Assembly: GCA_963706025.1 (NCBI GenBank)
Contig: CAVPLM010000013.1
Coordinates: 1 to 59,087, forward strand
Length of the DNA: 59,087 nt
Source: an uncultured Actinomycetes bacterium
GTDB lineage: Bacteria > Actinomycetota > Thermoleophilia > RBG-16-64-13
Direction: 5' to 3'
The notes beneath the pieces were generated by a model. It was not told the origin of the DNA. It searched no databases and worked only from the letters and a program-made list of their open reading frames with translations. Numbering within the stretch: the first letter of the stretch is position 1; the number at the start of each line of letters is the position of its first letter. Of this stretch, positions 57,617-59,087 are shown in pieces. The position numbers and the translations under genes were made by a program.

Positions 57617-58974
57617 GCACCGAGCCCTGCCACAAGGTCCTCTCCCCGACGGCGATCCTGGGCTACGGATTCCCGGAAGAGTCGTTCCGTCGGGGTCTGG
57701 AGAAGCACCCCGACCTCATCGGTGTCGATGCCGGGAGCACCGACCCGGGCCCCTACTACTTAGGTTCGGGCACGTCGTTCACCAGCCGGGCCGGGGTCAA
57801 ACGCGATCTGACGCTGATCCTCGAGGCGGCGCTGGAAGCGGAAATCCCGTGCATCATCGGCTCCGCCGGGGGATCAGGCGCTCGGGAGCACGTGAACTGG
57901 GCGCGGGAGATCATTCAGGAGATCGCCCGGGAGCGCGGCCTCAGGTTCCGCATGGCCGTCATCAGCGCGGATTTCTCCCGGGACATGGTGACCGCGGCCC
58001 TGGACGCTGGCAGGATCTCATCCCTGTTCCCCGCTCCCGATCTCACCCGGGCTGATATCGAGAGAAGCACGAGAATCGTCGGGCAGATGGGAGCCGAGCC
58101 CGTGCTGGCCGCCCTGCGCGAGCAACCCGACCTGATCCTGTGCGGTCGGGCCTATGATCCGGTGGTGTTTGCAGCCCCCGCCATCGGGGCCGGCTTCGAC
58201 CCAGGTTTGGCCCTTCACATGGGCAAGATCCTGGAATGCGCTGCCATAGCTGCCACTCCTGGGAGTGGCAGCGACTGCGTTCTGGGCTCGCTCTACGAGG
58301 ATGCGTTCGTACTTGAATCCCTGAACCCGGCTCGAGCATTCACCTCTGTGTCCACCGCAGCTCACACGCTCTATGAGAAGAGCGACCCCTACTCGCTGCC
58401 GGGCCCGGGAGGGACGCTGGACCTACACATGACCCGGTTCGAGGAACTCGGCGGGGGCCGGGTGAGGGTGACCGGGTCGCGCTACGTGCCGGCCCCGGTC
58501 TACACGATCAAGCTGGAGGGAGCCGGTAAGGTCGGATATCGCACCATATCCATCGCCGGGATTCGAGACCCCCTCTTGATCAGCCAGATCCACGATGTGC
58601 TGGCGACCATCGAGGGCCGAGCGACACGAGACCTGAACATCGAGGGCCGGGTGCTGTTCCACGTCTACGGGCGCGACGGGGTGATGGGCCCGCGCGAGCC
58701 CGAGCGAGAGCGCGCCTCGCATGAACTGGGGCTGGTGATCGAGGCGGTGGCCGCCACTCAGGCCGAAGCGGACAGTCTCTGTTCGAGCGTGCGCAGCACC
58801 CTGCTTCACTTCGGGTATCCGGGGCGCATGGCCACAGCGGGCAACCTCGCTCTTCTCTACAGCCCCTCCGACGTCGCCTGCGGGGAGGTGTTCGAGTTCA
58901 CCATCTACCACTTGCTCGAGGTCGACGACCCGGTGGCTCCTTTTCCTATCGAGTACTGCGAGGTGGGACCATGA
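57613..58974 (+). CDS. AtuA-like / DUF1446 protein
   Basis: LGYGF, DAGSTDPGPYYLG, GRAYDP, HMGKILEC, AHTLYEK. Confidence 0.8.
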   Translation: MSTEPCHKVLSPTAILGYGFPEESFRRGLEKHPDLIGVDAGSTDPGPYYLGSGTSFTSRAGVKRDLTLILEAALEAEIPCIIGSAGGSGAREHVNWAREIIQEIARERGLRFRMAVISADFSRDMVTAALDAGRISSLFPAPDLTRADIERSTRIVGQMGAEPVLAALREQPDLILCGRAYDPVVFAAPAIGAGFDPGLALHMGKILECAAIAATPGSGSDCVLGSLYEDAFVLESLNPARAFTSVSTAAHTLYEKSDPYSLPGPGGTLDLHMTRFEELGGGRVRVTGSRYVPAPVYTIKLEGAGKVGYRTISIAGIRDPLLISQIHDVLATIEGRATRDLNIEGRVLFHVYGRDGVMGPREPERERASHELGLVIEAVAATQAEADSLCSSVRSTLLHFGYPGRMATAGNLALLYSPSDVACGEVFEFTIYHLLEVDDPVAPFPIEYCEVGP

Positions 58975-59087
58975 ACGATCGGCTCCCCCGGCTTGTGGCT
59001 CTCTCGGAGCTGGCGGTCGTCATCCGCAGCAAGAATTCGGGGCCCTATGAACTGACTCTGGATGTCATCTTCCGGAACGAAGACGAC
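58971..59087 (+). CDS. DUF4387-like protein (partial, runs off window)
   Basis: LSELAVVIRSKNSGPYELTLDVIF. Confidence 0.75.
   Translation, partial: MNDRLPRLVALSELAVVIRSKNSGPYELTLDVIFRNEDD

Overview
High-GC bacterial DNA from an anaerobe, with many single-base frameshifts concentrated in the first ~11 kb that look like long-read errors. Four blocks. (1) 2.1-11.4 kb: an arsenic-resistance region (arsR, acr3, arsM, metallophosphoesterase, CcdA) with no recognisable arsC. It carries many small thioredoxin-fold proteins, three DGC-type Zn domains (one fused to a GcvH lipoyl domain), a ferredoxin and an HdrA-N-like protein, plus two copies of an ArsR-type operator. (2) 11.36-11.98 kb: two tRNA 3'-half fragments (Thr-like and Leu-like) and GTGTCACG repeats, read as integration scars. 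(3) 12.2-35.9 kb: an almost entirely minus-strand accessory region and the best candidate for an undescribed system. It holds the Nit1C-type trio (MSMEG_0568-like radical SAM, GNAT, sll0787-like AIR-synthase homolog) without the nitrilase. Alongside are a class I glutamine-amidotransferase-like protein, a ureohydrolase, GlcD/GlcF-like and NarI/HdrD-like redox modules, a degenerate AOR, an ABC importer with a circularly permuted binding protein, MmsA, a GAF-PucR regulator and an AOR-3xMoaD cassette. Three of its operons share one promoter motif. (4) 36-59 kb: toxin-antitoxin remnants, large purL, a four-subunit 2-oxoacid:ferredoxin oxidoreductase and acyl-CoA metabolism genes. All family calls come from recognising motifs by eye; no database searches were run.
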